Source of the DNA: Candidatus Latescibacterota bacterium
GTDB taxonomy: Bacteria; Latescibacterota; UBA2968; SICM01
NCBI GenBank assembly: GCA_965217865.1
Contig: CBDCJO010000002.1
Location: forward strand, 899,178-963,177
Direction of reading: 5' to 3'
DNA: 64,000 bases
Shown: piece after piece, positions 17,150-28,050 of the stretch
Numbering within the stretch: position 1 is the first letter of the stretch
How the letters are laid out: each line of letters starts with the position of its first letter
Position numbers and translations under genes: made by a program
Notes under the pieces: generated by a model
The model's input: the letters and a program-made list of their open reading frames with translations, nothing else
Databases searched by the model: none
What the model was told of the DNA's origin: nothing

Positions 17150-18001
17150 TTGATCCTGGGGGGAGGGGGGATGTTCGCCTGGGATATGCATCGTGTCCTT
17201 TGCAGCGATCCGAATCTTGAATCCGTTTCGGTTCCCCATTCCCGTTTGGATATCACCGATTTCAAAGCCGTCCGGAAATTTCTTAGGTCGGAAAACCTTT
17301 TTGCCGTCGTCAATACGGTGGGCCCCCTTGTGGATTTCTGCGAGGAGAGACCGGATACCGCTCAAAGACTCAACGTAGAGTCGGTCGCAAATTGTGCATC
17401 CGTATGTGAAGAGATCGGTGTTCGTTTCGTACACTTGAGCACGTGCGGACTATTCGGGGACGAAAAGAGGTTCTACTCGGAGACCGATCCCGTGAAATTG
17501 AAGACGGTATACGCCAGGACCAAGTATGAAGGTGAGCTCGCCGCGGCGAGAAACTGCAGGGATGTTCTCATCGTTCGGCCTGGCTGGATGTACGGAGGAA
17601 CCCCGGAACACAAGAAGAACTTCGTGACGGCTCGGATTAGAGAAGCCCGGGGTCAGGACAAAATGTATGGTGCGGGAGACAAGTTCGGAAGTCCGACGTG
17701 GACCCGCGATGCGGCCGAGGCGGTAAAGCAACTTCTGCTGAATGAGGAACTTCGGGGTGTTATTCATGTATGTAATACGGGGGGAGCGTCCCGCGCCGAA
17801 TATGTGGGCGAGATCATGAAACTTGCGGGTGTGCAAATCCCGGTTGAAGAGGTAGACTCCAGTGCCTTTCCCCGGAGCGCATCCGTGCCGGACTGTGAAA
17901 TGCTGGATAATTCACTTCTAAACCGAACTCTTGGAAGGCCCATGCACGATTGGAAGGACGCCCTGGAGCGGTACCTCAGAGAGCTCAACCAGGATGATTA
18001 A
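17150..18001 (+). CDS. RmlD-like NAD(P)-dependent sugar 4-ketoreductase
   Basis: ILGGGGMFA and VYARTKYEGE. I chose the TTG at 17150 because AGGAG sits 7 nt upstream and this start removes the overlap. The track ORF starts at 17105. Confidence 0.6.
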   Translation: MILGGGGMFAWDMHRVLCSDPNLESVSVPHSRLDITDFKAVRKFLRSENLFAVVNTVGPLVDFCEERPDTAQRLNVESVANCASVCEEIGVRFVHLSTCGLFGDEKRFYSETDPVKLKTVYARTKYEGELAAARNCRDVLIVRPGWMYGGTPEHKKNFVTARIREARGQDKMYGAGDKFGSPTWTRDAAEAVKQLLLNEELRGVIHVCNTGGASRAEYVGEIMKLAGVQIPVEEVDSSAFPRSASVPDCEMLDNSLLNRTLGRPMHDWKDALERYLRELNQDD

Positions 18002-19042
18002 GTGGACGATTTTGTCTCTGTCATAATTCCCACTTATAACGCCGAGCGCTTTATTGGAAAGGCCATTCGCAGCGTTCTGCTACAAACCCATAGGGATTTT
18101 GAGCTGATCGTGATCGATAATGCGAGCATGGATAACACCGCGGGAGTTGTAGAGGAATTTGCATCAAGGGATGTGCGAATCAGGCTTATCCGGAACGAAA
18201 AAAATATCGGCTTCCAGAGATCCGTCAACAGGGCCCTCAAGGCGGCCCGTTACGAATACATCGCCAAAATCGACGCTCCGGATTGGATGCCTCCCTATCG
18301 ACTGGCTGAACAGAAGGAATATTTAGACGGCCATCCGGAAGTGGCCGTGGTTGGTGGAGATGTCGAGTCCTACGATGAAGGCCTTAACAAAATTGAAATC
18401 AGGCGATTATCGGATCATTACCTGCCCGTTGAGCTATTGTTTGGCTGTTACATCTCACATTCCGCCGTGATGTATCGAAAGTCGGTGGTCATGAACTACG
18501 GGGGCTACGATGAGGAGCTGGTTCGGGCTGAGGATTACGACCTCTGGACCAAGTTTCTGTTAGACGGATTTTATCTGGAAAATCTTCCCCGGGTTATGAG
18601 CTTTGAACGGGTTTTCAAGGGACAGGGTGCGGACTTTTTAAAGAAGGAAGAGCGCCAGACCGGTCGCCGCGCACAGCTTAGGGTTTTGGATGCAGTATGC
18701 CCTCCGGGCTTCGCCCAACCCATACGAAAAGTCGCAACGGACAGCATCAATGATCAGTTCCCCTTAAAAGATATCTATGATGCAACACGCTATTTTTGCT
18801 CCGATTTTTTGACAGACCTTCAGGGGTTCTATCCGTATCAATTAAACCGTCGGGCTGAGCTCATTCTAAAAACCATGATCGGGGATTTTGTTCGAAACAA
18901 TCTGCTTCATCCCAAAGGGTGGGCTGCTCTTCGAGCAGCCCGGGCAGAGGGTTGGGATGTCATTCCGCTGATGACTCCGGAGGGGATTTGGCAATCTCTG
19001 AGGAGATGGCTCGGAGACGTAAAAAGAGGACTGTTCACTTAA
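18002..19042 (+). CDS. GT2 family glycosyltransferase
   Basis: VSVIIPTYNAERFIGKAIRSVLLQTHRDFELIVIDNASMDNT. Confidence 0.8.
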   Translation: MDDFVSVIIPTYNAERFIGKAIRSVLLQTHRDFELIVIDNASMDNTAGVVEEFASRDVRIRLIRNEKNIGFQRSVNRALKAARYEYIAKIDAPDWMPPYRLAEQKEYLDGHPEVAVVGGDVESYDEGLNKIEIRRLSDHYLPVELLFGCYISHSAVMYRKSVVMNYGGYDEELVRAEDYDLWTKFLLDGFYLENLPRVMSFERVFKGQGADFLKKEERQTGRRAQLRVLDAVCPPGFAQPIRKVATDSINDQFPLKDIYDATRYFCSDFLTDLQGFYPYQLNRRAELILKTMIGDFVRNNLLHPKGWAALRAARAEGWDVIPLMTPEGIWQSLRRWLGDVKRGLFT

Positions 19043-19061
19043 ATTCGATGAGGGAATCGGA

Positions 19062-19523
19062 TTGAATACTTCAAAAATAGAGGGCGTTCGAATCATACCC
19101 TTGCAGCAGATCCCGGATGAACGGGGCAAGGTCATGCATATGATGAAGGCCACGGATCCCCATTTCGAGCGGTTCGGGGAGATCTACTTCTCGGTCGCGT
19201 GGCCAGGTGCGATCAAGGCCTGGCATCTCCATAAGAGGATGACCATCAACAATGCGGTCGTGTCGGGTCGGGCTAAATTGGTCATATACGATGATCGAAA
19301 AGACTCACCGACCCGTGGAATCCTGGAGGAGATCTATTTGGGGGAGGATAACTATGTACTGGTTCAGATACCTCCTGGGATCGTTAACGGCTACAAGACC
19401 TATGGAGATAAGCCGGTCATTCTTGCTAATTGCGCGACCGAGCCCCACGATCCCGAAGAGATTATTCGAATCGATCCGTATACTCCGGATATTCCGTATG
19501 ATTGGGGCTTGAAACATCAATAA
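19062..19523 (+). CDS. RmlC-like cupin, NDP-4-keto-sugar 3,5-epimerase or ketoisomerase family
   Basis: 153 aa. IPDERGKVMHMM, IKAWHLHKRM, and a beta-rich pattern typical of dTDP-4-dehydrorhamnose 3,5-epimerase-like proteins. Confidence 0.6.
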   Translation: MNTSKIEGVRIIPLQQIPDERGKVMHMMKATDPHFERFGEIYFSVAWPGAIKAWHLHKRMTINNAVVSGRAKLVIYDDRKDSPTRGILEEIYLGEDNYVLVQIPPGIVNGYKTYGDKPVILANCATEPHDPEEIIRIDPYTPDIPYDWGLKHQ

Positions 19524-19615
19524 ATGATCGCTTTGAGAAGACCATAAAAAGTGTGATGTGATTTCAAACTTTGTAACCGCAATAAAATAGTCATCCTTCA
19601 GGAGAGTGCTTATCC

Positions 19616-20806
19616 TTGATCGGGTGTTCCCTTTCTGTCTATGATCATTCTCGGTGTTATCTTTTCGCCCTCGGCCGCAACGCGATGTTCGCAGCCTGTC
19701 AGGCGGTTGGCCTTAAGGAAGGCGATGAGGTCCTTTCACCCGCCTTCGATGGCGATGGCACCCTGCAGCCCTTTACCGCCTTCGGCTGTCGGATCGTGTT
19801 TTATCGATCTGATCCGAATACTTTTGCGGCTGATGTGAATGATATCCGGCAGAAGATCTCAGAGCGAACACGGCTCATTCACGTGATCCACCACTTCGGC
19901 ATGCCCCAACCCTGGAGAGAGCTGGAGTCTCTTCGACGGGAAAGGGGAATTCCGACCCTGGAGGACAACGCCTATTCGCTTTTTTCATCCATCGAGGGAC
20001 AGCCGTTCGGTACTTTTGGGGATCTGGCTATATTTTCGCTTCGCAAAGAGCTCCCTCTTGTAGATGGTGGGATGTTACGTATCAACAACCTGAAGTTTTC
20101 GTGGTCGCGACCGGCACGCCGAGTTCGGTGGTTTTACCCCACTGAAAGGGGTACTCTGCTTTCGCAGGTCCAGGATGAGTTGAGGCGCCAGTTTTTAGTG
20201 CCAATCCCTGCAGTAAGACTTGCTCGTCTGATAGGATTTCTTCCAGATCAGAAACCTCAAGCCCTGCCTCCCCTTTTTTCCGATCCCGAAGCCCCGTATC
20301 CGGTTTGGCCTGATCGCGATAAGATAGGGGAGGAGTTTTCCTGTGACTATATTCGTCCGATTTCCCTACTGGGGCGCAAGCAGCTTTGCCGATGGAGTCG
20401 GGGTGATTTTGAACGCCTCTCGGTGCGGAGAATAATGGCCTATCGGACCCTTGTACCCCTCCTACAGAACGTCCCCGGGCTTACTGTGCTGAACCCCGAA
20501 CTTCCGGATGGCATCGTGCCCTTTTGCCTCAATTTGCGATTAGAAAAACGCAGGGATGAAGTTCTCATAGCACTCCAAAAGTCATATAACGTGATGGCAT
20601 GGCCGACTTTACCGGGTACTGTGCTGGAGCAGGTGGAAAATTTTCCAGAGGTTCGACAGTTGGGAAGGAAGCTGCTGCAGTTCATATTTCCCAAGGGATT
20701 GAACTGGCCGCTCGCTTACGACGGGATCCTAAAACAGTTCGCCGTGGATTTGAAACGAATTTGGGAGCGTGAATCTCCCTGCGAAGGTAAGACCGGAAAA
20801 AACTAA
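19616..20806 (+). CDS. divergent DegT-like PLP-fold enzyme with a short N-terminus
   Basis: GRNAMFAACQAVGLKEGDEVLSP, LEDNAYSL, and GTFGDLAIFSLRKELPLVDGGML with a Lys retained. Confidence 0.45.
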   Translation: MIGCSLSVYDHSRCYLFALGRNAMFAACQAVGLKEGDEVLSPAFDGDGTLQPFTAFGCRIVFYRSDPNTFAADVNDIRQKISERTRLIHVIHHFGMPQPWRELESLRRERGIPTLEDNAYSLFSSIEGQPFGTFGDLAIFSLRKELPLVDGGMLRINNLKFSWSRPARRVRWFYPTERGTLLSQVQDELRRQFLVPIPAVRLARLIGFLPDQKPQALPPLFSDPEAPYPVWPDRDKIGEEFSCDYIRPISLLGRKQLCRWSRGDFERLSVRRIMAYRTLVPLLQNVPGLTVLNPELPDGIVPFCLNLRLEKRRDEVLIALQKSYNVMAWPTLPGTVLEQVENFPEVRQLGRKLLQFIFPKGLNWPLAYDGILKQFAVDLKRIWERESPCEGKTGKN

Positions 20807-21933
20807 TGGAGATTGTATGGCTCGAAAGCGAGGGTGAATTTCGGGGGATTGCACACGAATGGGATAAGGCCTTGCGAAAATCCGGAGAAGATATTCCGTT
20901 TCTCCTGTCGGATTTTATCCTGACCTGGTGGAAATATTTTTCGGATGGACGTTCCCTGAGAATTTTCGTCGTTTTTGAAGGTAAGGATATTGTCGGAGGT
21001 TTGCCTTTATACCTGGAGAAAAACAGAAATTCCCGCGTTTTGAGATATCCCGGGTCGGCGGATTTTGGGGTGGCCAATTATACGAATTTCCTGTCGGTGA
21101 AGCCTTTGGATAAGACTCTGGATCTGTTTTTGAGGTCGCTTTGCAACCGCAATGAGTGGGATCTCCTTCAGATGGAGCAGCTTAAGGTTCCGTTTGAAAC
21201 ATGGAAAAATTTAGAGAAAACATTTGATGATTATGGATTTCTCCTATTGAAACAAAGTCAATTGGCCTCTCTTTCGATCGAGGTACCCGAATCCCTGGAC
21301 GGTTTTCTGATGGAGAGGAGTAAAAATCTTCGAAAGAAGGTTCGGAGGTCCTATCGACTCGCTGAGGATGCGGGCAAGCTGGTCCTGGATAAAGTTCGGG
21401 GTTCGGAAAACGTTGAGGATCTTTTTCGACTTTATGTGGACCTCTCCAAATCATCTTACGCTGAACGGGAAAAAGAGAGCGCATTCGAGGATAGCCGATT
21501 ACGTGATTTTTTCGGGGACCTCCTTAAACGCTTTGAGGAATCAGGATTTTTAGATGCGTATGCATTGAAACTGAATCAGGACATCATCGCAATTGCCTTT
21601 TGTTACACGCTTCAAAACAACCTCAATTATATTCTCACGACTTTTGATTACCGTTTTTCGGAACTGAGACCGGGACATTTATTAACCAGCCAGTTATTAA
21701 GGGCCGCAATTCAAAGAAAATCTCCGGTTATGGATTTCTTTACAGGCGAAAAAATGTACAAGAAGCTATGGACAAATCGACAGGACCCGATATTTAAGTT
21801 CACAATCGGCCGGAATACGTTTCGGAATCGAGCTGTCAGAAATAAAGAAAGGTTGTATAGAAAATTAGGGTCCATACACGCCTTAAAGGTGGTTAAAAGT
21901 GAAGTAAGCAAAGTGATGGGGCACAATAATTAA
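20806..21933 (+). CDS. GNAT-fold acyltransferase of the CelD/BcsL-like (FemAB-like) type
   Basis: 375 aa. The N-terminal EWDKAL...PFLLSDFILTWWKYF and the C-terminal ELRPGHLL...YKKLW resemble CelD-type GNAT proteins found in exopolysaccharide loci. This is recollection only. Confidence 0.45.
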   Translation: MEIVWLESEGEFRGIAHEWDKALRKSGEDIPFLLSDFILTWWKYFSDGRSLRIFVVFEGKDIVGGLPLYLEKNRNSRVLRYPGSADFGVANYTNFLSVKPLDKTLDLFLRSLCNRNEWDLLQMEQLKVPFETWKNLEKTFDDYGFLLLKQSQLASLSIEVPESLDGFLMERSKNLRKKVRRSYRLAEDAGKLVLDKVRGSENVEDLFRLYVDLSKSSYAEREKESAFEDSRLRDFFGDLLKRFEESGFLDAYALKLNQDIIAIAFCYTLQNNLNYILTTFDYRFSELRPGHLLTSQLLRAAIQRKSPVMDFFTGEKMYKKLWTNRQDPIFKFTIGRNTFRNRAVRNKERLYRKLGSIHALKVVKSEVSKVMGHNN

Positions 21934-22026
21934 TGACACAACGGAATTGCGACCTAGATCAAAGGTAAACAATATCCGAAACATTGGATCGAACCTGAAG
22001 CAGATATTAGCGCTTCGAGGAAATTT

Positions 22027-23040
22027 GTGACGGATGGTCATAAAGCGTATCGTTGGATGAATGGATTAAAAATCCGACCCGGGTTGGCGGCGGGCCGAAA
22101 CTATCTGAGACACAATCTGATTCGCAGGTTCGATCCTCGATCCAGGGTTTTTATCCTTGTCTATCATCGGGTGCTGCCGGATAGAAGTCGTTTCGATCCT
22201 TTCGGCGTCGTTATATCAGAAGCTACTTTTCGAAGTCAAATCGAACATATCAAGGTGAACTTCCCCATCATTACGCTGGGGGAACTCGCCAATCAGTATA
22301 AAGAGGGCCGGTATGAAGCTTCAATTCAGGTTATCCTGACTTTTGACGATGGATATCTGGATAACTATACGCATGCTTTTCCCGTCCTGAGTCAATTGGG
22401 GGTTCGAGCTACTTTTTTCCTCATTACCGATTTTGTGGGAACCGAACGACCGCTATGGGACTATGAATTGGGCAGAGCCGTATTACGTTCTTCAAAGCCG
22501 GATGTTCACACCCTTGATCTGCCTTTTTTGGGAAAGATGATTCGCCTCTCATCAGAGTCGGATCTGGCGTGGTTGACAAGGCTCAATGAAGGATTCAAGT
22601 CGTTGATCGATTCTCAGCGGAGGGCCGCGCTCAGGTCCCTTTTTCAACAGTATGATTTTGCTCCCGATTCCACACCGGAGTGCGACCGGTCTCTCGCATG
22701 GGACCAGGTTGAGGAGATGCGGGATTCAGGGATGGAGATCGGGGCTCACAGCTGTTCGCATCCATCCCTCGCGAGAATTTCGACAGAAGCAGCTATTCTT
22801 GAAATTGACAGATCCAAAGAGGTGATCGAATCAAAGCTGGGTCAACCCTGTCTCAGTTTCGCATTCCCTTATGGCAGCGACCGGGATTTCAGTGACGACT
22901 TGATCCAACACGTTGAGAAAACAGGTTATGATTGTTGCGTTTTGAATGTGCGTGGTTATAATTGCGCTTCGACCTCACGATTTCGCCTTCGCAGGATCAT
23001 CGCATCAGAACAGACGGAACTAAAACAGGCCATCGGATAA
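22027..23040 (+). CDS. polysaccharide deacetylase (NodB homology domain)
   Basis: LTFDDGYLDNYTHAFPVLSQLGVRATFFL and GAHSCSHPSL. Confidence 0.8.
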   Translation: MTDGHKAYRWMNGLKIRPGLAAGRNYLRHNLIRRFDPRSRVFILVYHRVLPDRSRFDPFGVVISEATFRSQIEHIKVNFPIITLGELANQYKEGRYEASIQVILTFDDGYLDNYTHAFPVLSQLGVRATFFLITDFVGTERPLWDYELGRAVLRSSKPDVHTLDLPFLGKMIRLSSESDLAWLTRLNEGFKSLIDSQRRAALRSLFQQYDFAPDSTPECDRSLAWDQVEEMRDSGMEIGAHSCSHPSLARISTEAAILEIDRSKEVIESKLGQPCLSFAFPYGSDRDFSDDLIQHVEKTGYDCCVLNVRGYNCASTSRFRLRRIIASEQTELKQAIG

Positions 23041-23043
23041 GGA

Positions 23044-23988
23044 ATGGAAATGTCGACAATGATCGACGCGAACTACCCACTGGTGTCTATTGTGATACCG
23101 ACGTGTAACATGGTAAAATGGCTGCCGGATGCCCTCGACAGCGTATTGGAGCAGACCTACCCCAATTGGGAATGCATCATCGTTGATGGCGGTTCAACAG
23201 ACGAAACAGAAGCCGTCGTCCAATCCTATTCGTCGAGAGATAAAAGAATCAGGTTTATTCAAGAGCCGGACGAAGGGCCGGCCAAAGCTCGAAATTTGGG
23301 TATCCAATCAAGCCAAGGAGACCTGATCGCGTTTCTGGATGCAGATGATCAGTGGCTTCCCACCAAGCTTATGAAACAGGTCAAGACCCTGATCGATTCC
23401 CCCGAGGCCGGACTCTGTTGTGCCTACCACGAAGAGGTAGACGAACATTTAAATCTTCTGAATCCATGGCCGAAGGTGAAGGAGATGGGCCGATATCCTG
23501 ACGAGATCCGCCCGGAAATGCTTATTGAGAGGAATTGTGTTCCTGGTTCCGCATCAAGTTCGGTCGTGAGACGGAAGGTTTTTGAGGAAATAGGCCTATT
23601 CGACAGCCTGATGCGAAGGTGCGAAGACTCCGACATGTGGTATCGAATCGCTTTGAAATACCCCATCATACAGGAAAGGGAGGTGCTGGTAAGGCTTAGA
23701 AAACATCCGAATGCTATAGATCCGCTAGCTGCACTTACAGGATATGTTTCCCGGTTAAAAAAATCCAGAGAATTCGCGCCTAAGTCCCATTTGGAATTAA
23801 TCAGGGATGAGATCCATAAATTAAATTGGAAAATCCTTGGCATTTATGGTCGCAGGCTTATGATCTTTTGGGGGATCGGCCTATTTGCCAAACTTGCTTT
23901 TGAAAACCCTTTCAAGACTATAGCAAGTATCAATTCAGAGCTTCGAAAATATTCCGATCGCAATTCTTCTAGAAGGTTCAGAATGTGA
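23044..23988 (+). CDS. GT2 family glycosyltransferase
   Basis: VSIVIPTCNMVKWLPDALDSVLEQTYPNWECIIVDGGSTDET and FLDADD. Confidence 0.8.
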   Translation: MEMSTMIDANYPLVSIVIPTCNMVKWLPDALDSVLEQTYPNWECIIVDGGSTDETEAVVQSYSSRDKRIRFIQEPDEGPAKARNLGIQSSQGDLIAFLDADDQWLPTKLMKQVKTLIDSPEAGLCCAYHEEVDEHLNLLNPWPKVKEMGRYPDEIRPEMLIERNCVPGSASSSVVRRKVFEEIGLFDSLMRRCEDSDMWYRIALKYPIIQEREVLVRLRKHPNAIDPLAALTGYVSRLKKSREFAPKSHLELIRDEIHKLNWKILGIYGRRLMIFWGIGLFAKLAFENPFKTIASINSELRKYSDRNSSRRFRM

Positions 23989-24023
23989 TGGTCTGATTTT
24001 GACCACACTTGTAAATTTCAAGG

Positions 24024-25196
24024 ATGAATATCTTAATCTGTAGTTTTTCTTTCCCTCCCAGACCCGGAGGTGTCAGCCAGGTTACCCGGGCTCATGCGAG
24101 GGGTCTGGTTCAACGGGGCCATGAGGTTACGGTTGCATCGGAAGACGTCCCGGGTCAGAACGGTATTGATTTTCCGGAGGATTTGAAAGTTCATCGATTT
24201 AAGATCTCGGGTAACGCCAATCCGCGGTCAAAATACAAGGGGGATATAGATGAGTACCTGAGTTTCATCGGATCATTTACAGGAGATCTGATTTGTTGTC
24301 ATTGCTGGCAGACGTGGTCCACGGATCTTGCGATTAAGGCGTTTTCCAAGACGCGATCGAGGAAGATCCTGATCAGTCACGGGGTCTCCGCCAATACAAA
24401 ACTGGGATGGCCGAGGGCATTCCCCACGTGGCTGCTATGGCGTCCCTATCTCTTATGGGAGATGCCGAGAATATTAAAGGCATATGATCATCTCATTCTG
24501 TTAAGCGACCGTTCCGATAAAGACCGGTTTTACGACCGGTATATGGCCGACCGGATGGGTTATCGAAATATCTCGGTCATTCCAAACGGCGTTGATTTAC
24601 ACGCACACGATAAAGCACCTCTGGATTTTCGGGAAAGGTACGGGATCGATACGCAAAGATTGGTGCTCTGCGTTGGATCCTATTACGATTTAAAAAATCA
24701 AAGAATGGCGCTCGATGCTTTCATTTCCGCGAATCCCGAGGACACAACCCTCGTTTTTATCGGTCCCTCCAGGAATCGATACACTCTCGAAATCGAAAAC
24801 AGATGGGTTCAAGGGAGCAAAACCTTAGAAGGTGCTCGAATGATCTGCCTTGATAACCTCTCGATGGAGACTATCCTTTCGGCATATAAGACGGCGGACC
24901 TCTACCTCTGCGCTTCCAGAACGGAATGTTTCCCTCTGGCTATCCTAGATGCCATGGCTTCAAAGACACCGTTTATCTCGACGGATGTGGGCTGTATAGG
25001 GGACCTCCCTGGAGGGATTGTGGTGCACGACCAGAAAGAAATGGCTCGGGAAATGGGCATCCTGTATAAAGATGAGCGTCGAAGAAAAGGTCTGGGTGAG
25101 GAAGGGCGTTCGGCGTGTGAATCTACATACAACTGGCCCAGGGTCATCGATGCGTACGAGTCATTATTTGAAAACGTCCTTATGAACAATAATTGA
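24024..25196 (+). CDS. GT4 (GT-B) glycosyltransferase
   Basis: NILICSFSFPPRPGGVSQVTRAHARGLVQRGHEVTV, and the C-terminal segment ECFPLAILDAMASKTPFISTDVG. Confidence 0.8.
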   Translation: MNILICSFSFPPRPGGVSQVTRAHARGLVQRGHEVTVASEDVPGQNGIDFPEDLKVHRFKISGNANPRSKYKGDIDEYLSFIGSFTGDLICCHCWQTWSTDLAIKAFSKTRSRKILISHGVSANTKLGWPRAFPTWLLWRPYLLWEMPRILKAYDHLILLSDRSDKDRFYDRYMADRMGYRNISVIPNGVDLHAHDKAPLDFRERYGIDTQRLVLCVGSYYDLKNQRMALDAFISANPEDTTLVFIGPSRNRYTLEIENRWVQGSKTLEGARMICLDNLSMETILSAYKTADLYLCASRTECFPLAILDAMASKTPFISTDVGCIGDLPGGIVVHDQKEMAREMGILYKDERRRKGLGEEGRSACESTYNWPRVIDAYESLFENVLMNNN

Positions 25197-25209
25197 ACCG
25201 GAAAACTGT

Positions 25210-26439
25210 ATGTGGATTCGGAATCAAGCTAAGTCAATATTGACAAACACACCGGCATGGCGGGCCTACAGGAAAAATCAGATCCAAGAATTGTATTTAA
25301 GCCGTGCTCGTCATTACAACGATTTGGATGGAGGAGGAATTCCCCAGCGTGAGGATTTGGTCAAGATATTGCGCAAACGTCTGAATATCCGGGGCTGGTC
25401 AGCGGAAAACAAGAAGATCGGTCAGGTCCATACGCTTGCAGTTATCCCCTCTGTTGGATGGCATGCCACTCTGGTTGAAACCCTTCGAGAAATCGGGAAA
25501 GTTTCAACGTTTTCATTTGAGGGAGAACGGTATTTCTGGAGAAACCGCAGCAAGAAAGACTGGTTGACGATCAGACAAAAGGCAAACCGGGAAATTCTTG
25601 ATAAAATTAAGATAGAAAACAAGAAACACCCGATCGATTGGGTTTTTTTCTATACGCAAGGCCTGCACATCCTCAAGGATACGGTCCGAAACATTCATGA
25701 CGATTTCGGGATCCCTACGGTCATGATGTGTTTGGACGATAAGCACTCATGGGAGGGGGAGAGGCTGGGAGGCCAGAGGACCGGTCAGATCGATCTGGTG
25801 TCAGAGTTCGATCTCTACTGGACGAGCGCCCGCGTTTGTCTTTCCTGGATCTGGGCTGAGGGGGGCAGGCCAATCTATATGCCCGAGGGATGCGATCCGG
25901 TTAGATTCATCCCGAAAGACGTGGAACAGGACATCGCTGTCAGCTTTGTAGGTCGCGCTTACGGGTTCAGAAAGGACCTCATAAATTTTTTACAAAGGTA
26001 CGGGATTCCTGTGGCCCCATTTGGTTCCGGGTGGAGCGATACCTCTGATTTTAATGATTCAAAAGGGTTGGTCGATGTGTTCAACCGAAGCCAGATCAAC
26101 CTGGGACACGGAGGAATTGGATATTCGGAGGATCTGACGAATCTCAAAGGCCGAGATTTTGAGGTTCCCTGTACCGGGGGAGGAATGTATCTGACCACAT
26201 TTAACAGCGATTTGGCTCAGCACTTTGCGATTGGCCAGGAGATCGCGTGTTATCACGGGCGTGAAGAACTGGTCGACCTGGTTCATTATTACCTCCGAAG
26301 GCCGAATGAGAGGATGGAAATGGCCCGCCGGGCCCGAGTGCGATGCTTGCGGGAACATCGATGGATTCATCGATACATCCAAATTCTTCAAATTCTGGGA
26401 ATTTTTGACGAGACGGTCGTTGCGCCCGCGGTGCCCTAA
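25210..26439 (+). CDS. CgeB-family (DUF3880 / Glyco_trans_1_2-like) glycosyltransferase
   Basis: VSFVGRAYGFRKDLINFLQRYGIPV, LKGRDFEVPCTGGGMYLT, ELVDLVHYYLRRPNERMEMARRARVRCLREH. Confidence 0.55.
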   Translation: MWIRNQAKSILTNTPAWRAYRKNQIQELYLSRARHYNDLDGGGIPQREDLVKILRKRLNIRGWSAENKKIGQVHTLAVIPSVGWHATLVETLREIGKVSTFSFEGERYFWRNRSKKDWLTIRQKANREILDKIKIENKKHPIDWVFFYTQGLHILKDTVRNIHDDFGIPTVMMCLDDKHSWEGERLGGQRTGQIDLVSEFDLYWTSARVCLSWIWAEGGRPIYMPEGCDPVRFIPKDVEQDIAVSFVGRAYGFRKDLINFLQRYGIPVAPFGSGWSDTSDFNDSKGLVDVFNRSQINLGHGGIGYSEDLTNLKGRDFEVPCTGGGMYLTTFNSDLAQHFAIGQEIACYHGREELVDLVHYYLRRPNERMEMARRARVRCLREHRWIHRYIQILQILGIFDETVVAPAVP

Positions 26440-26525
26440 AGCGATATCCAATCATTTGACTCAGGGAAACTATAACAAAAGCGAAAGAAGGAATAGCGTA
26501 AGCCAATTTTCGTTGGCCTTCAAAT

Positions 26526-27638
26526 TTGAAGATGCACGACAAAAAAATCATACCCAGGAAGGTGCAATGGCTTTGCTGGCAGCCTACACCCTATAACGAT
26601 TATCTTTTTCGCTCGATATCCCAAGAGCCTGAGATCGACCTAACCGTTTATTTCCGGGAGGAAAGCCTGGCTTCACATCCGTGGAAATCTCAGATGGGTA
26701 AGGGCTTTCGATGGCGGTTATATCAAAAAACATTCGGCGTTGACCCCCAACTCATCTACGCGGCCTTGAAGGATAGCGGAAGCTTTTTTGTGATAGCAGG
26801 ATGGGACGAGCCGACGTGTCAGATCGTGATCAATCTTCTGACCTTGCGGCGGCGCCCCTTTGCGATATGGACGGATACCCCTGACCTAGATGTGCCGCGG
26901 CCTTGGTGGAAGGAATATCCCCGGCGCCTCTGGTTAAAGGAAACCTTTCGGTCAGCGAAGGCTGTGATGGGAACGGGAAGGCCAGGGATCGACGCCTTAA
27001 AAGCGATGGGGTGTCCATCTCATAAACTGACTTCATTTCCGTTTTACGTAGATCTCACGGAATCGTGGGCGGATTATGCCTTGAAACCCGGACTGGATAG
27101 GGGGCTCACTTTTCTTGCATCGGGCCAATTGATCAAGCGCAAAGGTTACGATCTCATGATCAAAGCCTTTGGGAAGCAAAAAGATCATGCTTTTCCCTGG
27201 AGGCTTTTCCTGGCCGGCGATGGACCCGAAAAGGCATCTCTCAAAAGACTTGCAGAAGAGGAGGGGATCATCGACCGCGTGAATTTTATGGGTTGGCTAG
27301 AAGAAAAGGATATGCGGGAGCTTCGCGCCAGAAGTCATGTTTATATACACCCGGCTCGGAACGATCCCTTTCCAGTGGCTGTTTTACAGGCCATGGCATC
27401 TCGATTAGCGGTTATCGGAACTTTGGAAAGCGGCTCGGTTTCCGATCGGGTCCATTCTGGCGTTAATGGCTGGACCTATAAAGCGGATAATTTGGTGGAA
27501 TTATCCCAATGCATTGCCCTCTTCCTGGATTGTCCGGAAAAAGCAGCCTCCATGGGTAAGGAAGCACGTAAAACTGCAGAGAAATGGCCGGTTGAAGAGG
27601 GGGTAAGGACAATCAAAAAAATCGTTGGAATAGGCTAA
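26526..27638 (+). CDS. GT4 (GT-B) glycosyltransferase
   Basis: FLASGQLIKRKGYDLMIKAF and DPFPVAVLQAMASRLAVIGT. The start may be the ATG at 26532. Confidence 0.75.
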   Translation: MKMHDKKIIPRKVQWLCWQPTPYNDYLFRSISQEPEIDLTVYFREESLASHPWKSQMGKGFRWRLYQKTFGVDPQLIYAALKDSGSFFVIAGWDEPTCQIVINLLTLRRRPFAIWTDTPDLDVPRPWWKEYPRRLWLKETFRSAKAVMGTGRPGIDALKAMGCPSHKLTSFPFYVDLTESWADYALKPGLDRGLTFLASGQLIKRKGYDLMIKAFGKQKDHAFPWRLFLAGDGPEKASLKRLAEEEGIIDRVNFMGWLEEKDMRELRARSHVYIHPARNDPFPVAVLQAMASRLAVIGTLESGSVSDRVHSGVNGWTYKADNLVELSQCIALFLDCPEKAASMGKEARKTAEKWPVEEGVRTIKKIVGIG

Positions 27639-28050
27639 ATCATTCTACGAATTATCATGATTTGCATTGGGATCTTTATTGGTCATTGTCCCGGAAATAG
27701 AGTTACATAATTTTTCGATCTTTTGGAGGATGGACTCAGCGGTAGCCGTCAATACGACCCCGATCCTGGGGGACCCCAAAAACGCTATTCAAAGATTCCT
27801 GGACCGGGAGGAGATTTGGGATCAGATGAAGAAATCGGCAGAGACAAGAAAGGAGTGAACCCCATTCTTCTTCGGGCTTAAAGGACATGCACAGGCACGC
27901 TAACACGCCGGCTGCGGCTCGTGCCTACTTCCCTCGACCAAACCGACTATGGCGGTTCGCAACCGGGAATCGTTATGGGAAGTGCAAATACCAAAAGGAT
28001 AATGCTTTCAGTTGTTACAGATAAAAACTGACTTTCAAGGAGTGAAAAAA